Positions 10,924 through 21,463 of a stretch of DNA of 64,000 bases are shown piece by piece. The translations under genes were made by a program, and so were the position numbers. How positions within the stretch are numbered: the first letter of the stretch is position 1; each line of letters starts with the position of its first letter. This stretch comes from Phormidesmis sp. GTDB lineage: Bacteria > Cyanobacteriota > Cyanobacteriia > Leptolyngbyales > Leptolyngbyaceae. The notes below the pieces were generated by a model that saw nothing but the letters and a program-made list of their open reading frames with translations, had not been told where the DNA came from and made no database searches. The DNA lies in assembly GCA_965248535.1 (NCBI GenBank), contig CBDFJR010000005.1:1824001-1888000 (forward strand), in the 5' to 3' direction.

Positions 10924-13445
10924 AAAATCGGTTTTCAGGTCAGTTTCCTTCTCCCCGCGATCGCCATCCCTTTCGTCGATCTCGGCTGCGGTCTTTGCTG
11001 CTCTGCGGGGTCGGGCTGATCGCAGGCTGGGTCATTCTGCTCTCTCAAGATCACACGTCAGATCGGGTCGCGGCTCAAGGCGTTCAGAAGCAAGAGGATC
11101 AGTTGATCCGATCGTTTAAGCTGCCGAGTTCGCCACCTGCCCCGGTCTATCGCCCTCAAGCGCCTGTCTATCACCCTGAGCCTGAGCCTATTCCTGAATC
11201 TGGGTCTGCACTCGAATCAGTACCCGTACCCGAAGCGATTTCGCCACCGGACGCAGTTGCCCCCCAGCCGCCCCTCGCGATCGCTCCCAACCCAGACAAA
11301 AAGCCAGAATCAACTGAGCCAAACGGTTTAAATCCTCTCAGCCAATACACCCTAGAGTTCAATCGCAGCCCTGCCATTGGCAACCGCTTTCGTCTAGAAG
11401 GCACCTACTCAGAAGCTCGTCTCGGCTTCACCCGCCCTCAGGGTTGGAAGGTCAAATCTGCCAAAGCGGTGATTCGGTTTCAACACTCGCCTGACTTGTT
11501 AAAAGACCGTTCCAACCTGATTGTGCGCGTCAACGATAGGAGCCTTGACAGGGTGCCGCTGAACTTAAAGCAAGCTCAAGTCGGGGAAGCGATCGTCAAC
11601 ATTCCCAGCAATTTGATTCAAGATTACAACGAGATTAGCGTCGTCGCCCAGCAGCAAAACTCACCTAACTGCTCCAATCCTAGAGACAAAGTTCTCTGGT
11701 CAGAGGTGTTGCCAGACTCAAAACTGGTGTTTGACTATCAGCCCCAGCCGATCGCTTTAGATTTTGGCACCTACCCGTTTCCCTTTTTTGATCGCCTCGG
11801 CTTAGATGCCACCCGCCTTAACTACCTGCTTCCCGCTCAAGTCAGTGCAGCTTGGTTGACCTCCGCTAGTCGTTTTCAAACTCAGATGGGGCGGTTAGCA
11901 GATTTTCGTCCGCTAGAAACTCAGTTGGTCAAAGACCTGAAAAATTTTGAACGGCGCGATCGCTTAATCATGATCGGCACGCCCGACGAACAGCCAGCGC
12001 TGAAGACGTTGGATCTGCCGATGACGATCGTCAATCATCAAATTCTCGACAGCAACAAAACGGCTCTGCCTGAAGACGTGGGGATTTTGATGCTGGCAAC
12101 CGTCAAAGAGGGCAGTGTGCCTGCTCTGATTGTGACGGGCAACAGTGCCGCAGGGGTGGCCAAAGCCGTGCAATTTTTAGTTCAGCCTCAAACCAGCAAG
12201 ATTGGCACTGGGCAAGCCATCACCGTCAATGAATTGGCAGAGGTTTCGTCACCTAACCCGCGACAGTGGTCGCGCTATTTACCGCTTCAAAACAGCTTTA
12301 ACTTAAGCGACCTTAAAGGACTCGACAACAAACCCGTCAAAGATATGACGGTGCGTGGCTCGTCGGCTCCTCCGGTGCAGTTTAGCTTTCGGGCGTTGCC
12401 AGACGACAGTTTTTTGCGCGGTAGCTCCATGAATCTGCACTACAGCCACAGCGTCCAAATCAACCCCAGAGAATCCACTATAGAAGTTCGTATTGATGGG
12501 GTCGGGGTTGGCAGTAAAAAGCTGTCGTCAGATGCAGGAGCCACGGACGAAACCTTGAATGTTGACCTCCCCAAAAATTTGATCAAGACCAACTCGGTCA
12601 TCGATGTTTCCTTCAAACTAACGCCCAAACAAATCAACAAATGTGGACAAAGCAGCGACGACCAACTTTGGGGAACCGTCCACGCCAACACGAGTTTCAA
12701 CCTCAAACGAGAAACCTCGGTGCAGTTGCCTGATCTCCAGCTATTGACCACGGGCTTTCCATTCACAGCCCCGCAAGATTTGTCTAAGACCGCGATCGTG
12801 CTCCCCGATTCACCCTCTCAATCAGAGGTGATGACCCTAATGAAAGTGAGTGAACGACTAGGGCGGCTGAGTCAAGCCAACACCATCAAATTAGACGTAT
12901 ATACCGCCGCAAAGCTGCCGGAACCGATCAAAAAAGACCGCAATTTAGTGGGAATTGGCATTCGAGAGCACTTTCCTCTTCAAGAAGTATTTGCGCCCGA
13001 TCGGGGTTTTCGATTGATGAGCGCTTTCGCTCGACAGTCTGATCAAGTACAGATTCAGTCCATCCCCGATGCCGGAGGCGTGATCAAAAGCATTGTTTCG
13101 CCTTGGAACCCCGATCGCATTTTGGTTGCCCTAAGTGCCCAAGCCGACAGCGGACTTCAACAAGTGCAGGATGTGATCAGTCATGACCAGTGGTTTTATC
13201 AACTTCAGAAAGACACGGTTTTAATCAACGCCCGCCAGCCGACTCTTTCCTCTCTCGACTCTAACGCTTACCAACTTCAGTTTTTGCGGCAAGCCCACCC
13301 GCAGAGAATTGCCGCGATCGGGCTGTTAGCCAAAACTCGGCGATTCCTGCAAGATCACTGGTTCTTGCTGCCCACCGGAATCATTGCCCTCTCCTTCCTT
13401 CTCTATGGCATTGCCCAGCTATATCTAAAACGTGTTGCGGGATAG
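10920..13445 (+). CDS. bcsB: Cellulose synthase periplasmic partner BcsB
   Basis: 841 aa; two repeated beta-sandwich/alpha-beta modules (FQHSPDLL...SNLIVRVND; LHYSHS...STIEVRIDG); single C-terminal TM anchor; directly upstream of bcsA. Confidence 0.85.
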   Translation: MKNRFSGQFPSPRDRHPFRRSRLRSLLLCGVGLIAGWVILLSQDHTSDRVAAQGVQKQEDQLIRSFKLPSSPPAPVYRPQAPVYHPEPEPIPESGSALESVPVPEAISPPDAVAPQPPLAIAPNPDKKPESTEPNGLNPLSQYTLEFNRSPAIGNRFRLEGTYSEARLGFTRPQGWKVKSAKAVIRFQHSPDLLKDRSNLIVRVNDRSLDRVPLNLKQAQVGEAIVNIPSNLIQDYNEISVVAQQQNSPNCSNPRDKVLWSEVLPDSKLVFDYQPQPIALDFGTYPFPFFDRLGLDATRLNYLLPAQVSAAWLTSASRFQTQMGRLADFRPLETQLVKDLKNFERRDRLIMIGTPDEQPALKTLDLPMTIVNHQILDSNKTALPEDVGILMLATVKEGSVPALIVTGNSAAGVAKAVQFLVQPQTSKIGTGQAITVNELAEVSSPNPRQWSRYLPLQNSFNLSDLKGLDNKPVKDMTVRGSSAPPVQFSFRALPDDSFLRGSSMNLHYSHSVQINPRESTIEVRIDGVGVGSKKLSSDAGATDETLNVDLPKNLIKTNSVIDVSFKLTPKQINKCGQSSDDQLWGTVHANTSFNLKRETSVQLPDLQLLTTGFPFTAPQDLSKTAIVLPDSPSQSEVMTLMKVSERLGRLSQANTIKLDVYTAAKLPEPIKKDRNLVGIGIREHFPLQEVFAPDRGFRLMSAFARQSDQVQIQSIPDAGGVIKSIVSPWNPDRILVALSAQADSGLQQVQDVISHDQWFYQLQKDTVLINARQPTLSSLDSNAYQLQFLRQAHPQRIAAIGLLAKTRRFLQDHWFLLPTGIIALSFLLYGIAQLYLKRVAG

Positions 13446-13449
13446 ACTT

Positions 13450-16020
13450 ATGATCCATTCTGATTTAGACCCTCAGCGATCGCTCACTAGAAATCGAGGT
13501 GAGCGACTGGTGACGTGGTTGGCTGACCTCACGCCTAGCTTCTGCGATCGCACCTTGCAGCAGACAGGACGCACTCAGCTAATTTGGCTGATGGTGTTCC
13601 TACTGATCCTGTCTATTCCGCTGATCATCACCCCTCTGGAAGTCTGGCAACAGGGGCTAGTCGCCGTCTTTTTAATGACCATTGGCTGGCTCGTTGCCGC
13701 GATAGAACAAAAACAGACAGGCGGTGACACGAGCGAATATCTTCACCTATTTATGGTGTGGTTGAGCCTGCTTACAACGGTTCGCTATCTCTATTACCGC
13801 ACTCATTACACGCTAAATCTGACCACCGGATGGATTGATGCCGTTTTTAGCATCTTGCTCTATGGGGCAGAACTCTATGCGATCTTGACCCTAGCGTTAG
13901 CATTTTTCCAAACGCTGCGCTTAAAAGAACGCACGTCAATTGATCTGACTCCCATTCCTCAAGATCAGTGGTTTAACGTTGACATCTACATTCCGACTTA
14001 TAGCGAAGATGTAGAGATTGTGCGTAAAACAGCGATCGGGGCCTTAGCGATCGACTACCCGGCCGCGAAAAAGACGGTTTATGTTCTAGATGATGGTCGG
14101 GCTGAGAAATATCAAGTTCGTCGAGAAAAACTGCGTCAGATGTGTGACGAACTCGGCTGCACCATGCTGACACGAGACAACAACGACCACGCCAAAGCCG
14201 GAAATATCAACACGGCGATGCGAAGAACGGGAGGCGATCTAATTTTGATTTTAGATTGCGATCACGTTCCGGTGCGTCACTTTCTCAAAGACACCGTAGG
14301 CTTCTTTTACAACCCGAAAGTCTCCCTCGTTCAAACGCCTCACTGGTTCTATAACCCCGACCCCTTTGAGCGAAATTTGCAAACGGGTGGCAAGATTCCG
14401 GTGGGCAATGAGTTGTTTTATAAAGTGTTGCAAAAAGGCAATGACTTTTGGAATGCGGCTTTTTTCTGCGGGTCGGCGGCCGTCGTTCGCAAGGCCCATC
14501 TGCTAGAAATTGGCGGTATCGCCGTCGAAACAGTCACCGAAGATTGTCACACCTCGCTCAGGCTCCACTCCCTTGGCTACGAGTCTGTCTACTACGACAG
14601 AATTATGGTGGCTGGTTTGGCTCCTGAAAATTTTTCGGCTTATGTGGGTCAGCAGATTCGCTGGGCGAGAGGCATGGCGCAGATTTTGCGGATCGAAAAT
14701 CCTCTTTTTAACCCCAATCTAAAGCTGTCTATTCCTCAAAGAATTTGCTATTTCAGCGCCACGTCGCATTTCTTCTTCGGCTTTCCCCGCTTGATGTATG
14801 CCGTAGCTCCGGCCATCTTTTTGGTGTTTAACATCAACCCAATTCGGGGTCTAGGGCTAGAAACCCTGGCTTATGCGCTGCCGCACTTCTTCATCTCTAC
14901 CTACGCTAACTACATCACTTATAAACACGTTCGCTTTTCTTTTTGGAACGAAATCTATGAGTTTGCAATGTCGTTTCACGCGGGGCTAGTGACCTTGTTG
15001 GCGTTGGTTAATCCCAAATTAGGATCATTTAACGTCACAGATAAGGGCATCTCGGTGACGAAACGCTCTTTTGACTGGACTTCGGCTCGCGGACTCGTGA
15101 TGACAGGCATTTTGGTGGCGGCGGCGATCGCCATCGTTCCCTTCCGGCTCTACTTCCAGAAAGAAGACACAGAAGCCATCATAGTCAACATGGTCTGGAG
15201 TTTGTTCAATCTGATCTTAATTTGCTCGGCGCTGTTAGTTGCCTTTGAGCAACCTCAACTCAGACGCTCACACCGTCTAGAACGCAAGCTCACAGGAATT
15301 ATCTACAGCGAAGACTTAACTCTCAAGGGCATAACCGATAATGTCAGTGAATCTGGGTGTCAACTGATTCTTGATTCTTGGTCAAACCTGCTAGATAGAG
15401 TTGAACTAGAGTTAATTGGCGACTATGGTGCCAGAGCCTTTGTTACCGCAGATGTGATTCGCGCAGTGCCATTAAATGAATCACAAACTTTGTTGTCGAT
15501 CGAGTTTGTTGAGCCAAACCGCACTCAACTTGATGATCTCAACCGAGTCATTTACTCAGACGTGCGCGAGTGGTATTCTCAGCAGCGCGATCGCGTCGAT
15601 GACCCAATGGAGTCGTTTAAATTTATCGCCAGCAGCGTCACCCGATCGTTCCGCAAGCGAGAAGCGGCCGTTGTCAATGCTAAGTTACGCAAGCCAATTC
15701 ATGCCTATGCTCAGGTCTATTGGCAAGGGCGGTTATATCCAGCCGTGGCGACTGAAATCAGTCATCGCAGCTTGCAGATAGAACTAGAGACAGGAGTGCT
15801 CGACGATCGCACTCCGTTAAGTCGCAGTCAGCCCGTGGGTTTGTTGGTGAGTCAAGCCGTTAGTGAACCCTTACCTAAACGACTATTGGCTCAAGTTGAA
15901 ACGGTAAATACCATCTGCGATCGCCAAGGAAGCCGTCTGGTGTTGGAGCTAGTTTTTCCTGAGCAAATTATGAAACGTCAGGCAACAACTATTAAGTACC
16001 TCTTGAAAACGTTGAGCTAG
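13450..16020 (+). CDS. bcsA: Cellulose synthase catalytic subunit (GT2 + PilZ)
   Basis: LDDG, HAKAGN, DCD, QTPH, FFCGS, TED, QQIRW (QxxRW), gating loop FNVTDK, PilZ RRSHR and NVSESG. Confidence 0.95.
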   Translation: MIHSDLDPQRSLTRNRGERLVTWLADLTPSFCDRTLQQTGRTQLIWLMVFLLILSIPLIITPLEVWQQGLVAVFLMTIGWLVAAIEQKQTGGDTSEYLHLFMVWLSLLTTVRYLYYRTHYTLNLTTGWIDAVFSILLYGAELYAILTLALAFFQTLRLKERTSIDLTPIPQDQWFNVDIYIPTYSEDVEIVRKTAIGALAIDYPAAKKTVYVLDDGRAEKYQVRREKLRQMCDELGCTMLTRDNNDHAKAGNINTAMRRTGGDLILILDCDHVPVRHFLKDTVGFFYNPKVSLVQTPHWFYNPDPFERNLQTGGKIPVGNELFYKVLQKGNDFWNAAFFCGSAAVVRKAHLLEIGGIAVETVTEDCHTSLRLHSLGYESVYYDRIMVAGLAPENFSAYVGQQIRWARGMAQILRIENPLFNPNLKLSIPQRICYFSATSHFFFGFPRLMYAVAPAIFLVFNINPIRGLGLETLAYALPHFFISTYANYITYKHVRFSFWNEIYEFAMSFHAGLVTLLALVNPKLGSFNVTDKGISVTKRSFDWTSARGLVMTGILVAAAIAIVPFRLYFQKEDTEAIIVNMVWSLFNLILICSALLVAFEQPQLRRSHRLERKLTGIIYSEDLTLKGITDNVSESGCQLILDSWSNLLDRVELELIGDYGARAFVTADVIRAVPLNESQTLLSIEFVEPNRTQLDDLNRVIYSDVREWYSQQRDRVDDPMESFKFIASSVTRSFRKREAAVVNAKLRKPIHAYAQVYWQGRLYPAVATEISHRSLQIELETGVLDDRTPLSRSQPVGLLVSQAVSEPLPKRLLAQVETVNTICDRQGSRLVLELVFPEQIMKRQATTIKYLLKTLS

Positions 16021-16044
16021 AGCTTAAATCTTCTGGGTTATGAT

Positions 16045-16072
16045 GGGGCATCAAAAGGTGTCCCTTTAATTT
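16045..16072 (+). terminator. Possible intrinsic terminator after bcsA
   Basis: GGGGCATC-AAAA-GGTGTCCC stem (two G-U pairs) followed by TTTAATTT. Confidence 0.5.
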
Positions 16073-16146
16073 TGGAACGTTGCGCTACGATCGTCACAAA
16101 AAAAGGCAAATTTTCATTCGCCCTGTCGATTTAATAGTGTTTAGAA

Positions 16147-16911
16147 TTAATTGTTTGAACCTGACTCTTCTAAGTCGCTTTGAAACAACTCGATTAGATG
16201 ACAGCTTTGCAGGAGGGTGGCACTCTCTGGCATCAGAAAATCTTGCAGTTTATAGACTTGTTGAAGAATGGCCAGTTCTCGCCCATACTCTTGTTGAATC
16301 GTGGCAACGTTGGTTTCAAAACCTGTCGCGATCGGCGCAGTTTTGAGCAGGTGCAGCGCCATATTGATAGTAGACAAGGGATTGCGTAGCTCTTGATAGA
16401 AGTGATTTAATAACCCATCACGAGTGCTAGAAGAATGGGTTACTTCACTATCGGGCTGCTGCAACGATTGAGAGTGAGCGGAGCTAACGCTGCTCTCTAG
16501 TTGAGTGCTTTCGATCTGTTTGTGATAGCGCTCTAAAAGCGCCGCCTGCTTGGCAAGGCGAACTGAAATCGCCCCCAGCAACTCTGTAGCAGTGCAGGGT
16601 TTGGTGAGATAGTCATCGGCTCCTAGCTCCATGCCATAGCGGATGTCTGCCTTGGTGCCTCTAGCCGTGAGAAAGATGAAGGGAATGTCTGCGGTGTGGG
16701 TGGCTTGACGAAGATTGGTCAGAACCGAATAGCCATCTAAATCAGGCATTTGCACATCGCAGAGAATTAAATCGGGGTGATTGTCGCGGGCAAGTTGCAG
16801 CCCAACATTGCCATTTTCGCCGCCTATGCCACTAAAGCCTTCTGCTTCTAGCAGATCTAGAATCGATTCTCGAACGGTTTGTTCATCTTCAATGACTAAG
16901 ATTTTTTTCAT
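16147..16911 (-). CDS. Response regulator: receiver domain plus degenerate HisKA-like helix pair
   Basis: [31 protein letters not shown]-terminal [12 protein letters not shown] lacks the H-box His; no HATPase domain. Confidence 0.85.
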   Translation of the reverse strand: MKKILVIEDEQTVRESILDLLEAEGFSGIGGENGNVGLQLARDNHPDLILCDVQMPDLDGYSVLTNLRQATHTADIPFIFLTARGTKADIRYGMELGADDYLTKPCTATELLGAISVRLAKQAALLERYHKQIESTQLESSVSSAHSQSLQQPDSEVTHSSSTRDGLLNHFYQELRNPLSTINMALHLLKTAPIATGFETNVATIQQEYGRELAILQQVYKLQDFLMPESATLLQSCHLIELFQSDLEESGSNN

Positions 16912-18041
16912 ATGCTGAATAGCAGTTCCCTGACGGTAGCGTGACTGTAAAGATAGTTCCTGTTTCGACCTCGCTGAACACTTCAATCGTGCCACCGTGT
17001 AAATCAACGCATTGTTTGACGATCGAGAGTCCTAACCCTGTTCCAGGAATCGCTTTAACGTTGCTGGCGCGATAGAAGGAATCGAACAACCGCGATTGGT
17101 CAATCATCGGAATACCAATACCGTAATCTTGAATTTGGAATACGATTGTTTCCTTGTTATAAGTTAAGTTAAATTCTATCTTTTTGCCTTGGGGAGAATA
17201 CTTAATTGCATTCGACAAGATGTTAGTTAGGATATGTCTTAATAGGTTTTCATCCAAACAAGGAAAAGATAGATTCTCTGCATCTAAAAAATCTGCATTT
17301 CTATAAGTGAGATCAATAGGACAGTAGGGCGATCGACTGAGTTGAAATTCTTCAACCAACTCTTTACAAAATTGCAGAAGATCGAGTGATTGAGGGTTAA
17401 AGGGCAAATCACCTGACTCAGTTTCCCCGATCGTCAACACATCATTCAATAGCTGATTCATGCGTCTGACCGATAGCTGAATGCGCTGTAAATATCCTTG
17501 CTTTCTCTCTGGTGAAATCTCTGCGTCGTAGCGTTCTAAAAGCTCGGTCGAAAAAAGAATCGCATTGAGAGGATTGCGAAACTCATGGGAGACAACCGCA
17601 ACAAATCGCGATTTTATTTGATTGAGTTCTTTCTCTTTGGCAAGCGCTAGCTGAATAGCGACTTCAGCCTGATAGCGAGAGAGGGCGATCTCGATCGTGG
17701 TAATTAACTCTCGATCTTCAAAGGGCTTTAGAATATAGCCAAAAGGCTCTGTAATCTTTGCTCTTCTCAGAGTATTTTCATCAGCATGAGCCGTTAAGTA
17801 GACGACCGGAAGATTGAACTCTCTGCGAAGTTTTTCTGCGGTTTCTACACCATCGATTTCGCCCCTCAGACGAATATCCATCAACACCAGATCAGGGCTA
17901 AACTGGGCCGGTTAGATTGAGAGCTTCGTCAGCGCAGGTGGCGATCGCCACGACTTTATATCCCGCATTGACTAAACTATTTTGAATATCTAAAGCAATA
18001 ATGCTTTCATCTTCAACAATCAGAATTTTGGCAGTTAACAT
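16889..18041 (-). pseudogene. Hybrid histidine kinase (REC-HisKA-HATPase) with a +1 frameshift near 17910; possible sequencing error
   Basis: Upstream frame from ATG 18041 reads MLTAKILIVEDESIIALDIQ...EALNL and joins [13 protein letters not shown] after removing one base; [26 protein letters not shown]; span 1153 = 3n+1. Confidence 0.85.
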
Positions 18042-21000
18042 CGACTAAACCTTTTGTTTTGCTCGGCAAACGTGATCTTAAAAGCTGTTCCCTGTAGACA
18101 CTCTAAATCAATCGTCCCGTGTAGCTGTTTGGTGAGGCTGCACACTAGCTGTAATCCCAAAGATTTTGTGTTGCGGAAGTTCAAATCCGTTGGAAACCCT
18201 GAGCCGTTGTCTTCAACCCTTAACGTGTAATAGTTTTCAGTTTCAGAGGCAAGATAGATGCTAATTTCTCCGGTCTGACCTGCTGAAAAAGCATATTTCA
18301 GCGAGTTTGAAATCAGTTCGTTAATGATTAGCCCACAGGGAATCGCCGTATCAATGCTGAGACGCACATCTTCTACCTGTAGATTGAGCTTGATTAAGCG
18401 CGAACTGACTGAATAGGAGCGAAACAAATCGGTGGTTAAACTGCGGATATATTCTGCGAAATCAGTCTTGGCTAAATCATCTGATTGATAAAGTTTTTCG
18501 TGGATCAAGGCCATCGCCCGGACGCGATTTTGACTTTCTTTAAACACTTCTAAGATGCGATCGTCTTTAATGTACCCGGCTTGCAGCTTCAGCAAGCTAG
18601 AAATGACCTGAAGATTGTTTTTAACGCGATGGTGAATCTCCTTAAGCAGCACCTCTTTTTCTTCAAGAGAGGCGCGAACCTGATTTTCTGCCCACTTGCG
18701 ATCGCTGATGTCAACCACTGAGCCAATGATCTCCACCGGGTGCCCCTGACGATCGCGCAAAACTTTCATGCCGTCTCGCAGCCAGCGATAGGAGCCATCT
18801 TGATGCAGAAATCGATATTCACAGGTGAGTTGCTCGACCTCGAAGAGCTGAGAGACGTGATCTAGCACATCTGGCAAATCTTCAGGATGAACCCGATCGA
18901 GCCAGAATCGGGATTCCTTCAAATATTGCCAGACTTCGTAGCCCAACTGCTGAGTAATATTTTCGCTGACAAACGTGCAGGAGCGGCTGCGATTGGGGTA
19001 GCAGGTATAAATGATCGAGGGATTCGACGAGAGGAGATATTTCAAACGGGCTTGAGTCGCGATCAGCGCTTTCTCTGCCCACTTGCGATCGGTGATGTCG
19101 CGCTGCAACGCCACATAATGCGTCAGCTTTCCCTCGTCAAAGATGGGCACAATGTTGAGATCAACCCAAAACTCAGAGCCGTCTTTGCGGTAGTTGACCA
19201 ACTCTGTCTGAATCGGCTTGTTGAGCCGCAGCGCTTGGCGAACTTTGTCCAATTGGGCCCGATCGCTTCTAGTTCCTTGCAGCAGGCGCGGAGTCTTGCC
19301 GATCACCTCTTCGGGGGCATAGCCTGTTGACTCTGTGAACGCAGAATTGGTGTAAGTAATTTTGGGATCGTCCGCGTCACCCGTCGTGATGATCACCGCA
19401 TCATGCCCGTTAACCACCACCGACTCAAACAGACGCAGACGCTCTTCGGCTCGCTGGCGCTCTTGCTGGGCCTGCGCTTCTTGAAGCACGATCGACAGAT
19501 AATCAGCAATCTCAGTCAGGGTTGAAATCTCATAGTCACTCCACTGGCGTGGCTCAGGCGAGTTAAAGCTAATTAACCCAATTTGCTGAACTGAGTGCTG
19601 AACGGGAACCGTGAGCAAGGCGCGGGTGCCTCTTGAAAGCAGACTGCTCACGACGGGGGTCAAAAAGTCAGATTGAGTGACATCGGCGACCACGATCGGC
19701 TGGCGGAGATCAATGATCTGACCATAGGCGGGCGCTTCTCGCACATCTAATAAGACCACTCCCGCTAGATCCATCAGAGTCTCAGGTTGAGCCGAGTGAA
19801 TGGCGGTCAAAACGCTATCAACGATCACACTATAGACAGCGCGGAGCGTTGGGAAGTGTTGGCTGAGTTGGTGAATGGTGGACTGAAGGACTTGCTCGAT
19901 CGATTGCCCTGATGTGATGCCTCTCGAAATGTTGTTGAGGAGTTGCAGGCAGACTTGACTCTCGCGCAAACTCTGCTCAATCTGCCGCCGCTGGGCGATT
20001 TCTAGCTGAAGCTGCTGGTTGGTGCAGCGCAGTTCGGCAGTGCGTTCTTCAACGCGAATTTCTAAGTCTTCTTTTGCGTCACGAAGCGCTTGTTCTGCCT
20101 GTTTGCGGGCGGTCACGTCAGTCGCAATGCCAATCATGCCTGACACCTCTCCTCGGTGATCGAGTAGCGGGGTGCCTCGATTGTCATAAATCACTCCCTC
20201 GACGTGCAAAATCGAGTTGATTTCTGCCCCGTTGAGCACCTGTTGAGCCGCTTGAATGACGCTGGGATAGTCTTTATATAAGTCAAAAACAGAGCGGCCT
20301 ACGACTTCGCCTGACTTGAGGTTGAGAGCTTCTAGCCCTTTGCCCTCTGACAGCGTAAAAATGCCATCTTGATCGAGGGCATACAAAATAGTCGGGGTGT
20401 TGGTGACCACAGTCCGCAGCAGTTCTTCGCGGGCGGCGAGGGCAACTTCGGCGAGTTTAGCGTTGGTGACATCGCGGCAACTGATGATTCTGCCGATCGT
20501 GCGATCGCCCAATTTTTGCGGTTTAGAATGGCGCTCAAAAAACCGTCCGTCGTGCAGTTCTAACAGCAGGTGGGTCTCAAGATTGGGCTGCTCCAGTTCA
20601 GCCTGTAGCTCTTCTAAGAGCAAAGCGGGATCTTTGAGTTGTTCGATCGTGGCGGCTAATAGCTCTTGGTCGTTTTGCATCGGCAGCACCGAATCTGACA
20701 AACTCCATTGCGTGATGAATTGTCGATTCATCGTCAGAATGTTGCCAAAAATGTCGATCGCCAAAATGCCGTCTACGGTTGATTCTAAAGTCGTTTGCAG
20801 GAGACAGAGCGACTGTTCTAAATTCGCCTGGGTGCGTCTGCGATCGGTGATGTCGGTGATCATGGCCAAAACGCCTGTGTAGTCGCCTTGGGTGTTAAAA
20901 ATTGAGGTGGCAGAGACGATCGCCCACAAATCGACCCCGTTTTTGCAGCGAAACTTGCAGTCATGGGGGGCTTGAATGCCGTGCCGCAGTTGCTCTAGAC

Positions 21001-21463
21001 AGGTCATGGCAATTTCTCGCCCTTCGCTGTCCATAAAGTCAAACACTGACCTGCCCTGCATTTCTTCAACCCGATAGCCCAGCATTTGGGCGAGTCTTCC
21101 GTTGGCAAATTCGGTATTTTCGTCAGCGTCTAAGACCCAAATTCCTTCGGTGGCGGTTTCAATAATGCGGCGATAGCGGTCTTCGCTGTCTCGCAGGGCA
21201 GCTTCGGTGCGCTGATAGTCTAGGATGGCAGATTGGTCGATCGCGTGCGTCATGCGTTCTAAAAACCGAACTTCAGCTTCGGCTCGTTGACGCTGTTCTC
21301 GCTCCCAGGCTGACTGTTGCTGAAGCTGGGCGATCGTGGTTTTCACATCTGACAGGCACGATCGTAGGTGTGCTGCTAACTCAGGGTCGAGGAGAGTCTG
21401 AGTCCACTGGTCGATCGTGTGCTGAAGCATAATCAATGAGGACGGTGACTGGATGAGTTGCAT
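18035..21463 (-). CDS. Multi-PAS/GAF sensor histidine kinase, HisKA_2 family
   Basis: Several PAS/PAC units (DITDR/DVTAR ends), one GAF, EIHHRVKNNLQ H-box, ELISNSLKYAF, DNGSG, SLGLQLV. Confidence 0.92.
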   Translation of the reverse strand: MQLIQSPSSLIMLQHTIDQWTQTLLDPELAAHLRSCLSDVKTTIAQLQQQSAWEREQRQRAEAEVRFLERMTHAIDQSAILDYQRTEAALRDSEDRYRRIIETATEGIWVLDADENTEFANGRLAQMLGYRVEEMQGRSVFDFMDSEGREIAMTCLEQLRHGIQAPHDCKFRCKNGVDLWAIVSATSIFNTQGDYTGVLAMITDITDRRRTQANLEQSLCLLQTTLESTVDGILAIDIFGNILTMNRQFITQWSLSDSVLPMQNDQELLAATIEQLKDPALLLEELQAELEQPNLETHLLLELHDGRFFERHSKPQKLGDRTIGRIISCRDVTNAKLAEVALAAREELLRTVVTNTPTILYALDQDGIFTLSEGKGLEALNLKSGEVVGRSVFDLYKDYPSVIQAAQQVLNGAEINSILHVEGVIYDNRGTPLLDHRGEVSGMIGIATDVTARKQAEQALRDAKEDLEIRVEERTAELRCTNQQLQLEIAQRRQIEQSLRESQVCLQLLNNISRGITSGQSIEQVLQSTIHQLSQHFPTLRAVYSVIVDSVLTAIHSAQPETLMDLAGVVLLDVREAPAYGQIIDLRQPIVVADVTQSDFLTPVVSSLLSRGTRALLTVPVQHSVQQIGLISFNSPEPRQWSDYEISTLTEIADYLSIVLQEAQAQQERQRAEERLRLFESVVVNGHDAVIITTGDADDPKITYTNSAFTESTGYAPEEVIGKTPRLLQGTRSDRAQLDKVRQALRLNKPIQTELVNYRKDGSEFWVDLNIVPIFDEGKLTHYVALQRDITDRKWAEKALIATQARLKYLLSSNPSIIYTCYPNRSRSCTFVSENITQQLGYEVWQYLKESRFWLDRVHPEDLPDVLDHVSQLFEVEQLTCEYRFLHQDGSYRWLRDGMKVLRDRQGHPVEIIGSVVDISDRKWAENQVRASLEEKEVLLKEIHHRVKNNLQVISSLLKLQAGYIKDDRILEVFKESQNRVRAMALIHEKLYQSDDLAKTDFAEYIRSLTTDLFRSYSVSSRLIKLNLQVEDVRLSIDTAIPCGLIINELISNSLKYAFSAGQTGEISIYLASETENYYTLRVEDNGSGFPTDLNFRNTKSLGLQLVCSLTKQLHGTIDLECLQGTAFKITFAEQNKRFSRC

